Assembly: GCA_024679065.1 (NCBI GenBank)
Contig: JAGIQG010000012.1
Coordinates: forward strand, 53,196,001 to 53,260,000
Length of the DNA stretch: 64,000 bases
Direction: 5' to 3'
Source of the DNA: Sphyrna mokarran
Lineage: Eukaryota
The translations under genes were made by a program, and so were the position numbers. Each line of letters opens with the position of its first letter. The first letter of the stretch is position 1. A model generated the notes under the pieces. The model was not told the DNA's origin, did no database searches, and saw only the letters and a list, made by a program, of their open reading frames with translations. Below are positions 37,865-50,984 of the stretch, one piece after another.

Positions 37865-39165
37865 ATAAGAACATTAAAGATAGGAGCAGGAGTAGACCAT
37901 TTTGTACCTTGAGTCTACTCCACCATGCAATAAGATCATGGCTGATCTCATTGTGTTTTTTTTCTGCTCCTTCCCTCCCATGTCCATGACACTTGACTCA
38001 CTTATCGTATCAAAAATATGTTAAACTGAGCCTTGAATGTATTCAACGACCTCCACTATTCTCCTGGGTAGTGAATTCCAAAGATTAACAGCCCTCAGAG
38101 AGAAAAAAAATCCTCATCTTCTCCCAGTCAAATAGGAGACTCTTGATTTTTAAACTGTGTCCCTAGGTGAGGGAAACATCATCACAGCTTCTATCCTGTC
38201 AAACCCACTCCAAATCCTATGGGGGCAAATTTACGTGAGAAAGTCTAATTGCTGAATGAGCATGAAAATTGGAGTTTCAAACCAGTTTCTTTGGCATGAG
38301 AAAAATTCACTTACTTAATTGTTTTTCAGCCTATCCCACATTCCACCACCACTGCCCCTCCACTAATTGCAGCCCCCCTCACTATCAATCATCCTCCATT
38401 CACTCTCCCTCCCATCAGACCCCATGGCTGATTGTCCTACCCCTCCATTTATCCCATCCAGTCCCCATCAATCACCACTCCTTTTCATTCCCTCACCTTG
38501 TCAATCGCTACCCAGGCAATCCCCCATTGCAGAATGTGCAGCTTCCCTGTGCACTGCTCCCCCTTAGGATTCATGCCTTCCATTAGGCCCCACCATCACC
38601 CTTCACTTTAGGCTGTACCCTTTGGACAGTTTATGGCCCGATGGGCAGTGCCAGGATGACGAGCTGCTAAGATTGTCACCCATATGTTTCAGTAAGATTA
38701 CCTCTCCCTTTTCTAAGCCAATGGATATAGCCCAATTTGCTCAACCTTTCTTCATAAGACAACTTTTTCATCCCAGGAATCAGTATTCTCTGACCTGCTT
38801 CCAGAGCAAGTATATGCCTCCTTCAGTACAGAAACCAAACTCTACACAGCATCGCACACAGTATAGTCTCAGCAATGCTGAGTTCTAACAAAACATCTCT
38901 ACTTTGAAAATCAATCACATTTGCAATAAAGGGCAACTTTCCCTTTGCCTCCTAATTACTTACTGTTTCTTTATGTTAACTATTTATGATTTGAGTGTGG
39001 GCACAGCAATTCCTCTGTATCATAATACTCTGTAGCATCTTCATTTAAATAATATTCTGCTTCTGCAGTTCTTCCCACCAAAGTGGCAACTTCACATTTT
39101 CCTACATTACGCCCCATTGGCTAAATTCACTTAACCGATCCATATTCCTTTACAAATTCTTTGGA
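37865..39165 (-). mobile_element. Old CR1 3' region interrupted by a DNA transposon
   Basis: CR1 tail AAGAACATT..TAGGAGCAGGAGTAG; sequence resumes at 38682. Confidence 0.8.
38221..38681. mobile_element. Non-autonomous PIF/Harbinger-superfamily element, AT duplication
   Basis: ATCCTAT|GGGGGCAAATTT..AAGATTGTCACCC|ATATGTTTC inside CR1. Confidence 0.72.
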
Positions 39166-39470
39166 CTGGATCAGGCAATTCACCCATCTTTGAGCCTATG
39201 GATGCACTTAAGTGGCCAATTAATAATCAGTTCAGGACCTCATTCCCTCTCTGTTGCTTTTTTAGGTGCTACAGGGTAAGATGGAGGCATGCTGGGCGGT
39301 TTAGCAGCTTTCATTGCTCAAGTTGTGGCCAGGATGGAAGGGGTGAGTATCTCCTCCTGGAGAGAGGAGATCTACACAGTGTACACAAAGTATTATAAAT
39401 ACAATAGGGCTTGTGATGGATGATATAACTTTAGCAATTTTATTCCATTTTAGAATGTGGGCATCACTAT

Positions 39471-40006
39471 TGTTGGAGTAAATCTGAAATTAAAAGATAC
39501 AAGATGTTACCTGGCACAAAATGGACTCTGTGAAAAGACATTTAAGATGTGCTGACTTAGGCACAGACGTTACTCAATGAGTTAAATCCCGCTAGTGTCT
39601 AATTACTACAGGAAATAAATCAGATCTTGAGGCCCAGATGATCACTTTAGCCTGAGATAAGGCAGAACAAAAACAATGAGTTTTGTCAACAAGATCAGTC
39701 ATTGAAAGAAAGGCATAAATGTATAACAATGTGCTAACTGTTGATGTCCGTACTTGAATACACTTTGAAATTTATAACAATGTGATAACTGCTAATGTTC
39801 GTACTTGTCCACTCTCCAAAATGTATAATGATGTAATAACTGCTAATGTCTGTACTTGTCCACAATTCGGAATTGTATAAAAGAAGCTCAGATACCATTT
39901 CAAAGTTGAGGAGGTAACTGTGACCACTGCGATCGGCCCAGGATTTCTCCCAAAGCTTTGTTGATAAACTTTAAATCTGATTCTGAGTGGTGATTTTCCC
40001 GCAACA
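39471..40006 (+). mobile_element. Solo LTR (536 bp), 4-bp TSD CTAT
   Basis: TGTTG..CAACA termini, CTAT on both sides, host SINE rejoins across it, TATAAAA at 39876. Confidence 0.9.
39717..39882 (+). repeat. ~51-bp tandem repeat (3 units plus the start of a fourth) in LTR U3
   Basis: Units begin at 39717, 39768, 39819 and 39871 (TATAA..ATGT..TAACTG.T.ATGT..GTACTTG). Confidence 0.9.
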
Positions 40007-41050
40007 CTATCAAGGCCAGAATTGAATTTAAATTCCACAGCTACCATAGTGGGGTTTGAACCCCTGCCCCCAGAACTTTAGCCTGACCTTTGGATTACTA
40101 ATCTACTGTCACTTTGCCAACATTTCCCCAGCTGATACGTATTCTATACATAAATTGTGTTAACATGGCCACTATATAAAGATTTCACTTTGTGTCATGG
40201 CCTGTATTTCATAGGTACTGGGCATAGGAATGGCTTGAGTGCAGATGGAAAGAGTTGCAAATTTTCATTCAGAGGTTGGTATTTTTTATAAAGGATACAT
40301 GATAGCCTCACCAGGGAAGTGGCATCACCTTTGTGCTCACTTTCAAGTCATGTTTTTGGATGCCTATTTGAAAGAATGAAGGATCAAGCCTTCCCTGGTC
40401 TCCCTGCTTTCCAGAATGTTTCTCACTTATTCACCCAGCTCCCCAACCTGAGCTTCCTCTGGCTCCTCCTGAAAGCCATCACCTGAATTCTCTTCTATAG
40501 CCTATGGAGCAGCATCATTGTCCCTTCTCAAGACAGACAGATTGGGCTAAGCACAGCACACAATGACAATAAGTGACAATGGAGGATGTTGCAGTTCCTT
40601 CCCTGTCAGGACAATGGATCATAGTCCTGAATTACTGACAGACATGTTGAACTTTTAAGTAAGTTTTTTTAATAGAAGGATGTACAAGCAAAAACTGTCT
40701 GAGACTACAGTAAACACTTGTTAGAATTCCTATGTGGAATTCTAACCACTTGACCAACTAGTCCAAAGGAAACAAAATGTCACACTACTTCAGACAGAGA
40801 TATTTCAAAGGAAGAGATGCAATGCAAAACCAGAACTGTAATCTCCTGTGGTTGTGGAGATAATGGAGGCTAATTACCATCTCAGTGGGAATAATTTCCT
40901 GTGCGTTATTTCCCAAATTGTGGACATGTGAGTTGAAAGAAAGCAGTTTCTGGGCGAAAGACATGTTTATTTCTTTTCCCTTCCATGAATACACAAGAAA
41001 AGGGCTTAAAAGCCACTACTTACAGAAAGTCTTACTATTTTTATATTTAG

Positions 41051-42403
41051 AGTAAGAAGCTTCACAATACCATATTAAAGTCCAACAGGATTATTTGGGA
41101 GCGCAAGCTTTCGGCATGTTGATCCTTCTTCAGATGAGTGAGGAGTTGTGTTCACAAACAGAGCATACATAGACATTGACTCAATTTACAAAATAATGAT
41201 TAGAATGTGAGTTTTACACATAATCAAGTTTTAAAGATACAGATAATGTGAGTGGAGAGAGGGTTAAGCACAGATTAAAGAGGTGTGAATTGTCTCCTGA
41301 CAGGACAGTTAATGAGATTTTGCAAGCCTAGGCAAGTCGTAGAGGTTACAGACAGTGTGACATGAACCCAAGATTCTGGTTGAAGTTGTCCTCATATGTG
41401 TGAAACTTGACTATCTGGTTTACTCTACGATTCTGCATTGTCATGTGTCGTGAAGGTCGCCTTGGAAATGTTCCCCAACAGGAAGAGAACATTTCTGCCT
41501 TTTGATTGTCAAGTGATGTTCATTCATCCATTGTCACAGCGTCTGCATGGTCTCACCAATGTGCCATGCTTTCAGGAGAACAGTGACTATGACACCACAC
41601 AACAGACGTACCCAATCTTCAGCAGGACAGTGACTACGACACCACACAACCCTGCCACAGCAACCTCTGCAAAACATGCCAGATTATTGGCATGGATGCC
41701 ATTATCTCATGTGAGAACACCATCCACCAGGTACATGGTATATACTCTTGCGACTTGGCCAAAGTTGTCTACCTGAGATGCTTCAGGAAAGGATGGCCTG
41801 AGGCATGGTACATAGGCGAGATCATGCAGGTGAAACGACAATGATGAATGAACACCACTGGACAATCACTAGGCAGGAGTGTTCTCTTCCTGTTGGGGAA
41901 CACTTCTGCAATCACAGGCATTCAGCCTCTGATCTTCAGGTAAACGTTCTCCAAGGCGGTCTTCACGACATATGACAATGCAGGATCACAGAACAAAAAC
42001 TGATAGCCAAGTTCTGCACACATGAGGACGGCCTCAATCAAGATCTTGAGCTCATGTCACATGATCTGTAACCCCCATGACTTGCCTGGGCTTGCAAAAT
42101 CTCATTAACTTCCTGTCTGGAGACAATTCAGATCTCTTTAACCTATGCTTAACCCTCTCTCCACTTACATTGTCAATACCTTTAAGACTTGATTATCTGT
42201 AAAACTCGCATTCCAACCATTATCTTAGAAATTGAGTTTGTGCCTATATATACCCTGTTTGTGAACATAACTATTCACTTATCTGATGAAGGAGCAATGC
42301 TCCAAAAGCTAGTGCTGCCAGATAAACCTGTTGGATTTTAATCTGGTGTTATGAGACTTCTTACTGTGCTTACCCGAGTCCCATGCCAGTAGCTCCACAT
42401 CAT
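41051..42403 (+). mobile_element. Penelope-like element: GIY-YIG C-terminus with ~500-bp inverted duplication
   Basis: PCHSNLCKTC..YSC..VVYL..WYIGE..EHF..EQKLIAKF..GLN on the plus strand 41640-42070; 41051-41572 is an inverted copy of ~41795-42365. Confidence 0.88.
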
Positions 42404-42419
42404 AGCTACCATTTATAAT

Positions 42420-42745
42420 TAGAATCATAGAATCCCTACAGTGCAGAAGGAGGCCATTCAGCTCATCGAGTCTGCACAAGCCTCAATCCCAACCAGGCCC
42501 TATTTCCGTAACCCCACATATTTATCCTAATAATCCCCTGACACTAGAATTAATTTAGCATGGCCAATCAACCTAATCTGCACATTTTTGGACCGTGGGA
42601 GGAAACTGATGTACTCAGAGGAAGCCCATGCAGACATGGGAAGAACATGCAAACTCCACACAGACAGTGACACAAGGCCAGAATTGAACTGGGATCCCTG
42701 GCGCTGTGAGGCAGCAGTGCTAACTACTCTGCCACCCTGCTGCCC
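42420..42745 (-). mobile_element. HE1-type V-SINE (type A), full length
   Basis: Head, V core and CR1-like tail. Confidence 0.92.
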
Positions 42746-43993
42746 TTTCTTGCTAATTTACTCTCATATTCTACTTTCTCCCACTTTATTTCCTTTCTCA
42801 ATCACCCTTTGTTGGTTTGTAAAATTTTCCCAATCTGCTGACCTGCCGCAGGTGTTTACAGCCTTTCCTTTCAATTTGATACCAACCTTAACTTCTTTAG
42901 TTTCTTAGACGTAGTGCATCCTTCTTAGAGAGTATTTCGTGCTCAGTTGAGCTGAATGATCCTGGTGGATCCCACAGTGAGCATTGGTGATCAGGTTATT
43001 ATTTTGGTGAGAAATGGTGACTTAATATCACTCTTAACAAAAGCTTCAATAACTTTGCTGATGATTAAGAGCAGAACAGTAAATGACTGGAGAGGATTTA
43101 TATGCAATTTCTGAGCAGAATGTACCAGGACAATTTTCCACTTTTGCAGGTAAATGCTGATGTTGTAGCTACACTGGTATGGCTTGCTTGGCTAGTTTTT
43201 CAGCAAAAGTCTTCAGTGCTACAATGGGAATATTATCAGAGTCCAAAACTTTTGCTGCATCCAGTTCACTCAACCATTTCTTGATAATGCTGAAGTTCTA
43301 CCTATTCTTTCATGGGATGTGGATGTCACAGGCAAGGTCAGTATTTGTTGCCCAAGTCTAATTGCCCTTTGACTGAGTGGCTTCTGAGAGTCAATCACAT
43401 TGCCTTGACTCTGGAGTCACTTGTAGATAAGACCAGGTAAGGATGGCAGTTTTCCCTCCTTTAAGGGCATTAGTGAACTAGATGGGTTTTTACGATAATC
43501 AGTGATAGTTTCATGGTCATCATTACTGAAATTAGGGCTGGATTTTTCTCTGATATCAGCAAAGATTAATGTCGGGTGGAAAAAGTCACATGAAACCGCT
43601 GAGAGAAATGGTCCAGTGACATTACCATTGTGTTACCATCTCCCCTATAGAAAACTGAATTGATTGAAAATGCTAGAGAATGAGGACAATACATGGCTTA
43701 TATTTACACTACAGCAGTACAAATCCAAAGGCAAAGTGGGTTTCTATTTTAAAGCAGTTCTACAGCTGCAACTGAAGACTTAACTGTTGCTGATTTTATT
43801 TTGATTATATTACTCGGTACGTATAGGTTGAACCCCCTCCCTCCTTCCTGCCTGAGAACAGGATTGTTAACTTTTTCTATTTGACACCCAGATCCAACCA
43901 GCACCTGCCAGCTTAAAAAATGAGGCTGGTGGAAAAACTGACCATTAAGTGGGCATTTAAGGTCTTTAATATGGACATGGATGGGCTTTCCAT

Positions 43994-44298
43994 GGGGTGG
44001 CATGGTGGTAACACTGCTATCTCACAGTGCGAGGAACCTGGACTTAACTCCCGGCTTTGGTCATTAATTGTGTGGAGTGCGCACATTCTCCCTGTGTCTG
44101 TGTGGGTTTCCTCCAGGTGCTCCGATTTCCTCCCACAGTCCAAAGATGTGCAGGTTAGGTGATGGCAGGTTGGCCATGCTAAATTCTCCTTCAGTGTACC
44201 TGAACAGGCACAAGAGTGTGGTGACTAGGGGATTTTCACAGTAACTTCATTGCAGTGTGAATATAAGCATATTTGTGACTAAATAAATAAACTTTAAA
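43994..44298 (+). mobile_element. V-SINE type B, full length
   Basis: Head, V core and alternative tail ending AAATAAATAAACTTT. Confidence 0.9.
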
Positions 44299-46357
44299 GA
44301 AAGGATCTGTATGTCCCACTAAGAAGTTACGTCTGGGTTGGGCAGGTAGCATCCTAGAGGAAATCTTGTCCAGACAATGCTATACTCACACCTTCTCTTC
44401 CCCTGCTTCATGACCCACTTGCAGTAATAAACACCAATGGGTGATGGTAGGGTTATTGAACATTATTTCACAAATTAGGCTTTGTATTTGGTATTCTCTA
44501 TCCAAGGCAGTTGTGTTTTTCTTTAAATCTTCAGTGAAGAGTGCTGTCAATGGCTTGAACTGGTATTCATCTCCACACAAACTATATGCAGTATAGAGTG
44601 TAATTAATCATCTAAATTTAATTAATAAGTGTCTTTGCCTATCTAATTTCTATTTTGTGGCACTAATAAATGCTATATTACAGTGCTTAATGCCAATTTC
44701 AACGTGTCAAAAAATGGTAAGATATGGCAGACATCAATTCTTCTACTGGATGTTTAGATGCAATATAAAGAAAACTGCAGAGCACAGTACTAATCTCTGT
44801 GTAGAGTGACGTGAAGTTATATTTAAAATTCATTTTGGCTTGCTTTAATATTGAATCATAATTTGTTTGAATTGAAATTTCTTATGGTCCAGTCAGGAGA
44901 GAAATTTTACTGATTGCATCTATAAATTAACAGAAATAAGGATACTTCTGAGAGAGGATAAGGATATTTAATGACAATAATTACAAAGACTTGTATTGAT
45001 GCATTTAATCTAGTAAAACATCTCACGGAGCTTCATGGAAGCATTATCAAATGAATTTTGACAGCGAGGAGAAATTAGGGAAGATGATGAAAAGCTTGGT
45101 GAAAGAGATGGAGTTAAATGAAAGGGCTTAAAGGCAGAAAGAGAGAAAGAGAACTGGAAAGGTTTAGGGTGGGAATTCCAGAGCATAGCATTTTGGCAAA
45201 TGAAGACTCTGTCATCAGTGATGGAATGAATAAAGGTGGGATTCCAAAATCAGGCTGCAGGGCTTGGGGAGATTACAGATTTGGGGTGGTAAGGTCATGC
45301 AGGAATTTTATTGAATGGTGACTTGTCTTCCTGGAACTCACTCAATAAAGACAGATTAGATTTCCAATGTGATCTCTGCTAGTTACAGGGAGCTTGGTTC
45401 TTTATTCAATGGTTTTGAGGCAAACTCACTGGGGTCTTTTAAGAGACTTCTGGATGAGTATATGGAAAAGAATAGGATAGGGGGTTATAGATAGGTCTGT
45501 GGATTGGTAGATGTGATCGGTGCAACTCGTGGGCTGAAGGGCCTGTTTGTGCTGTATTGTTCTATGTTCTATGTTTGAAACCTGTGCCTGGATAACTTCT
45601 GGACACTGCATATGTCTGATTAGGAAGCGTGAGAATTCAGAGATGACTTCTGGGAACATGACTTTCAAATCATGCCTCCAATCTTCCCAATCCCAAAAGT
45701 GATTGGAAATCTGGCCCAGAGAGTCTGTTTGTAGAAGGCACAAGTAAATGATACTGTGGCAGATGCCTGATAAGACTGGAAGAGTTCAATGCCAGGCTCT
45801 CCCTCTCCAATAGGGCCATCAGCTGCTTTCAGGCTGTCAGATTGTGCACTATCATGCCTCTTTTACCAATGTATTAAGTAGTCAGTACTTAAGCAGAGAG
45901 GTAGGAAATTACCTTGTATCATGAGTCTAGTTGCCCACTATTGTTTATATATGGCAAGGCTATTGAAAGTCCAACAATAAAGTTATTTTCCTCTCTTCTT
46001 ACATCGAAGATACATGAAGAGGCTGAAACAGAAACTTACATTTGTTTTTGCATGCCATTTTCCTGGAGCAGGATATCAGCCAGAAGCCAGGGGCTGTAAC
46101 TTGAGGGGCTTCACTCCAGTTCAGGTATAGCTGACCAGTAAACTCTCCTGTTCTTACTGCCTGCCAAAAGCGTATTCAAAGGATTTGCAGGTTGATAGCC
46201 AAATGTTCTGGCTACATTATGAAGTTACTTTCTGTGACTATCATGTCCTCAGGTGGGACTTGAAGCCCATGTATTTACATGCCAATGTAATGTATAAGTA
46301 CTCAGCAGAGTAAGGGTCAACATGGGACTAGGAAATAGCACTGCCCATAATATGCTT

Positions 46358-46673
46358 ATAGAATCATTGATTTCCTATAATGCAGAAGAGACTATTCAAC
46401 CAATTGAGACATTTCTGACAGAGTTTTTTACCCAGGTCTTCTCAGGCTAATGCACCTAACCTACACATTTTGGGACATTATGGACAAGTTGATATGGTCA
46501 ATCTACCTAAGCTGCACATCTTTGAATTGTGGGAGGAAACTGGAGCACTTGGAAAAAACCCACACAGACTCAGGAAGAACTACAAGCACCTCACAGACTC
46601 CCAAGGTTGGAACTGAATCAGGGTCTCTGGCACTGTAAGGCAGCAGTGCTATTCTCTGTGCCATCGTGCTGCC
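46358..46673 (-). mobile_element. HE1-type V-SINE (type A), diverged
   Basis: Head, V core and tail. Confidence 0.85.
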
Positions 46674-47103
46674 TACATGATGCATAGAGTCTCGTGGTAG
46701 TAGCAACCCCATGTACAGCAATATCTGGGATCTGTAAATAGTTCAATCTTAACAGTATACACTTCATGTTTAAACATACAACTCTCAAGGTCCCATTGTT
46801 GAGACATTTAAAGAATCTATAATACAATGTGGTTGATCTTGACATCATAAGACGACATGGTGATCAGCAATCATATAAAAAGTGGTATTTTAAATAATTT
46901 ATTCAGAGCAGTATCACAAGGTATGACACAGTAAAAGCAGAGAGAATGACACCTAAGACAAAAACTTGAAGAGACAATTGAAAAATACTTGCTAGGGATC
47001 TAGAAGTTGAGAAGTCCACCAGAGTGAGTGGAAGCACATTGCAAGATCCTCGTATGATGCACTTTAAAGAATACTGGTCAGTGCATGAGACAATGAGCAA
47101 AAC

Positions 47104-47558
47104 AGGATGCTGCCTGGGATGGAACATTTAAGTTATAAAGAGAGATTGGATAGACTTGGGTTGTTTTCCCTGGAGCAGAGAAGACTGAGAGGCTATCTGA
47201 TTGATGTGTTCAAGATTATGAGGGGCATAGACAGGGTGGATAGGGAGCAGCTGTTCCCCTTAGTTGAAGGGTCAGTTATGAGGGGTTACAAGTTAAAAGT
47301 GCGGGATGGGAGGTTTAAGAGGGCTTTGATGAAAAACCTTTTTACTCAGAGGGTGGTGACGGTCTGGAATGCAGTGCCTGGGAATGTGATGGAGGTGGGA
47401 TGCCTCACATCCTTCAAAAAGTACTTAGATGAGCATTCAAGGCTATGGGCCAAGAACTGACAAGTGGGGTTAGGTGGGTAGCTGAGGGCCTTTTATGTGT
47501 TAGTGTAGATTTGATGGGCTCAAGAGTCTCTTCTGCATTGTGAGATTCTGTGATTCTG
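47104..47558 (+). mobile_element. CR1/HER1 3' end
   Basis: MLPGMEHLSYKERLDRLGLFSLEQRRLRG; tail GATGGGC..TCTGCATTGTGAGATTCTGTGATTCTG shared with the type A SINEs. Confidence 0.92.
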
Positions 47559-48409
47559 TTAAAACTCAAAAATTGTAAGACCCTGGATAATGCAGAGTCA
47601 AAGAACCTGGTCAGTAATAAGACAGTGAGCAAAATTACAAGAAGTAAGATGTACTTATACTGTAGACTAGGTGATGGTCTTGGAGCTCAACAGATTGCAG
47701 TTGTGTTGGCTATGCTGCACTTAAAAAAAGTTAAAAATATAAGTTAAATAAACTTATATAGACTTAAAGATAAAAATAAAGAGGGAAAGCTGTAGGGTAA
47801 ACAGAAGACCTATTTGGAAAAGAGAAAATTATTTTCAGTCAAGTCCTAAGCTTCTTATTAATGAAAAAAGTTAACAGCTCATAATTTGAAAAAAAAACAT
47901 CCACCTGCTGAAACTCCTAAAGCTATGGGACATTCAAAGAAGAGGAGCTTCAGAGGTAAAAGAAAAAAAGAAAGAATATCAGGGAAAAGAAATAGTCCTA
48001 CTTTGAATGTTCAGATGATAAAACAAAACAAAGGCCCGTGCTTACCAAATTCATAAATGGATGGGAATTTCATAACAAAGAAAATCAGAAGTTGCAGACA
48101 ACCTGAGAGATAAAACTAGTTATTGCACTGACAATCTTAAAGGGACAAAGACATTTAAAACTGTAATTACAAAAAAAATTAACCAGGAAAGAAAATTAGA
48201 AGCGAACCCAAAGAGAGGGCAACTCTCAAAAAAGTATCAAGGACATCAAGAGATGGCAGAGAGAAGGTGGCTTCCAATAAAGTACCAAAAACAACAAGTA
48301 GCCACAGAGAGCGGGCAACAAGAGTGTCAATAAATTCCAGAGTGAAGGAGGCAAAAGATCCCAGTATCACAGAAACATTATTTAACAACTAATTAGTTGC
48401 TAACCATAT

Positions 48410-49590
48410 CAGTGCAATGAAGTGAACGAGCTGAAGAGTTTAGTCCAGAAGAAAGAGGTGGCTGAAAGGCCCAAAATTCATTTCTCTAAAATACTGACAG
48501 AGTACTCAAACTGCAACTGCAAATGGCTGTGCAGAATTGCCAGATGGCTGTGAATGAAGGAGAGCTATCTGAGGTAACTCAAAACAAACACAACATGTGA
48601 AAATTTAAATGAAACTGTTCTACTGGAAAATGTTCACTTCAGAGCTCAACTGGGAGATTTGAAGCACAAGATTCGAGTCAATGGGACAATGCACTGAAAC
48701 CCAGAGTGAATTGGTGAAGTGTCAATAAGAAACAAATAGTTGAAAGAAGATTGCCCTTCAAGATCAAATCCATGTGGAATGCATAACCATTCAGCAATTT
48801 GAAGAAGTGAAGACTGGCTTAAGCAGCAAAGTGGAAGCACAGCAGAGGGAACTTACAGAGACTCTATTGAACCACAGGAAAACTAAAATGATTGAAGTGA
48901 GTTTTGCAAAGAAAAGGAAAACATGTTGAATGACCTTCACACATGATAGGGATTCCTTAGGTCAAAATTCATTCCTCTGGAAGAGAAGCAAAATGAGTTA
49001 AATCATTCTGAACAAATAGAAAGGACTCAGCTATTGTTCATATTCCAAGAAGAAGCTAAACAGTACAGGAAACAGACAGAAGAGCTGAAGAAACAGTCAG
49101 ATGAAAACAAGGAGGTACTGGAAGTAAAATCCATTGAACTTGCCCTGTCACTGACAGTGAAAGAACAGACAGAAATGAGAATGGAAAATGTAAATCTGAC
49201 CCTGAAGCACAAGGAACTAACAAAAGAAAATGCACTGATTGCCTCAGTCATGCTGAGAACATTTGAGCTGAATCAAAAGATTCTTAAATTTACAAAACCA
49301 GCCAGAGAATAAAACAAATATTTGGCTGCAAATGTGAAATGAGTGGAGATTGAGGTTCAATTTGCACAATGTGTAACTCCAACAAGAACATGGCAGACAT
49401 CACAGAAAGAAAATTCCAGTTCACTTTAGGAACACATGGAGTGCACCATTCCCTCAGAATGAATGTGATCAACCCAATGTCTGAAAAAAGCAGGTAAGTA
49501 ATGAGCAAAGAGAAATGCAACTTGAAAGAGTGCAAAAAGTGAATTAAATGGAGGTGGCTAAGTAGGAAAAACATAGAGTTCCACAACTAT
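48410..49590 (+). pseudogene. Fossil coding region of a UACA-family (UACA/RAI14/ANKRD24/ANKRD35) coiled-coil protein
   Basis: Frameshift-corrected LQDQIHVECITIQQFEEVKTGLSSKVEAQQRELTETLLNHRK..FLRSKFIPL..FQEEAKQYRKQTEELKKQ..KEVLEVKSIELALSL..KELTKENA..SQKENSSSL*EHM is collinear with the remembered human UACA C-terminal coiled coil; many stops. Confidence 0.55.
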
Positions 49591-49639
49591 TCCTCCAAGT
49601 GTGACAGACTGAGATATGGAATATCTCTAAATAGTCTAA

Positions 49640-50960
49640 GATAAATAAATTGTCCCATTGGTAAGATGCAGCATGGGTTCATGAAGGGTAGGTCATGTTT
49701 GACTAATTTGATGGAATTCTTTGAGAACATTACAGGTGCACTGGACAATGGGAACCCTGTGGATGTGGTGTATCTGGATTTCCAGAAGCAGTTGACAAGG
49801 TGCCGCACCAGAGACTGCTACATAAAAATAAAGGCGCACAGTGTTATGGGTAATGTATTAGCATGGATAGAGGATTGGTTAACTAATAGAAAGCAAAAAG
49901 TGGGGATAAATAAATGTTTTTCTGGTCTGGTGATCAGTGAATAGTGGTGTGCCTCAGGGATCAGTGTTGGCATTGCAATTGTTTATGATTTACATAGACG
50001 ATTTGAGTTGGGGACTAAGAAGTGTCAAAATTCGCAGATGACACTAAAATGGGTGGAAAAGCAAAGTGTGTAGAGGACGCTGAAAGTTTGCAAACGGATA
50101 TAGATAGTCTAAGTGGGCGAAGGTCTAGCAGATGGAGTACAATGTTGGTAAATGTGAGATAATTTGTTTTGGTAGGAATAACAGCAAAATGGACAATTAT
50201 TTAAATGGTAAAAAATTGCAGCATGCTGCTGTGCAGAGGGACCTGAATGTCCTTGTGCAAGAATCTCAAGGAGTTGCTTTGCAGGTGCAGCAGGTAATTC
50301 AGAAGGCAAATAGAATTTTGTCCTTCATTGCTGGAGGATGGAGTTTAAAAACAGCAAGGTTATGTTGCAGCTGTATAAGGTGCTGGTGAGGCCACACCTG
50401 GAGTACTGTGTACAGCTTTGATTTCCTTATTTGAGAAAAGATGTACTGGCACAGGAGAATGTTCAAAGGAGATTCAGAAGATTGATTCCGGAGTTGAGAG
50501 AGTTGGCACATGAGAAGAGACAGAATAGACTGGGGCTACACTCATTGGAATTCAGAGGAATGAGGGGAGATCTTATACAAACATACAAGATTATGAAAGG
50601 AATAGATAAGATAGGAGCAGGGAAGTTATTTCCACTGGTGGGTAAACTAGAAATAGGGGACATAGCCTCAAAATAAAGGAAAACAGATTTAGGACTGAGT
50701 TGAAGAGGAATTTTTTCACACAAAGAGTTGTGAAGTGTAGAATTCCCTGCCTAGAGAAACAATTGAGGCTACCTCTTTTAATGTTTTTAAGGCAAGGATA
50801 GATAAGTTTTTGAACAGTCAAGGAATTAAAGGTTATGGTGAGCAGGCAGGTAAGTGGAGCTGAGTCCATGAAAAGATCAGCCTTGATCTTATTGAATGGC
50901 TGAGCAGACTCAACCGGCCAGATGGCCTACTTTTGCTCCTAGTTCTTTTGTTCTTATATT
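49640..50960 (+). mobile_element. CR1 LINE, 5'-truncated RT plus 3' UTR
   Basis: QHGFMKGRSCLTNL..DVVYLDFQK, GVPQGSVL and KFADDT motifs with frameshifts. Confidence 0.94.
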
Positions 50961-50984
50961 CTAACAATAAATGGTTCATGTATA

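Noticed and set aside
39717-39882. Regularly spaced repeats as a possible CRISPR array
   Set aside because: Head-to-tail tandem units with no unique spacers, inside a eukaryotic LTR, and no cas genes.
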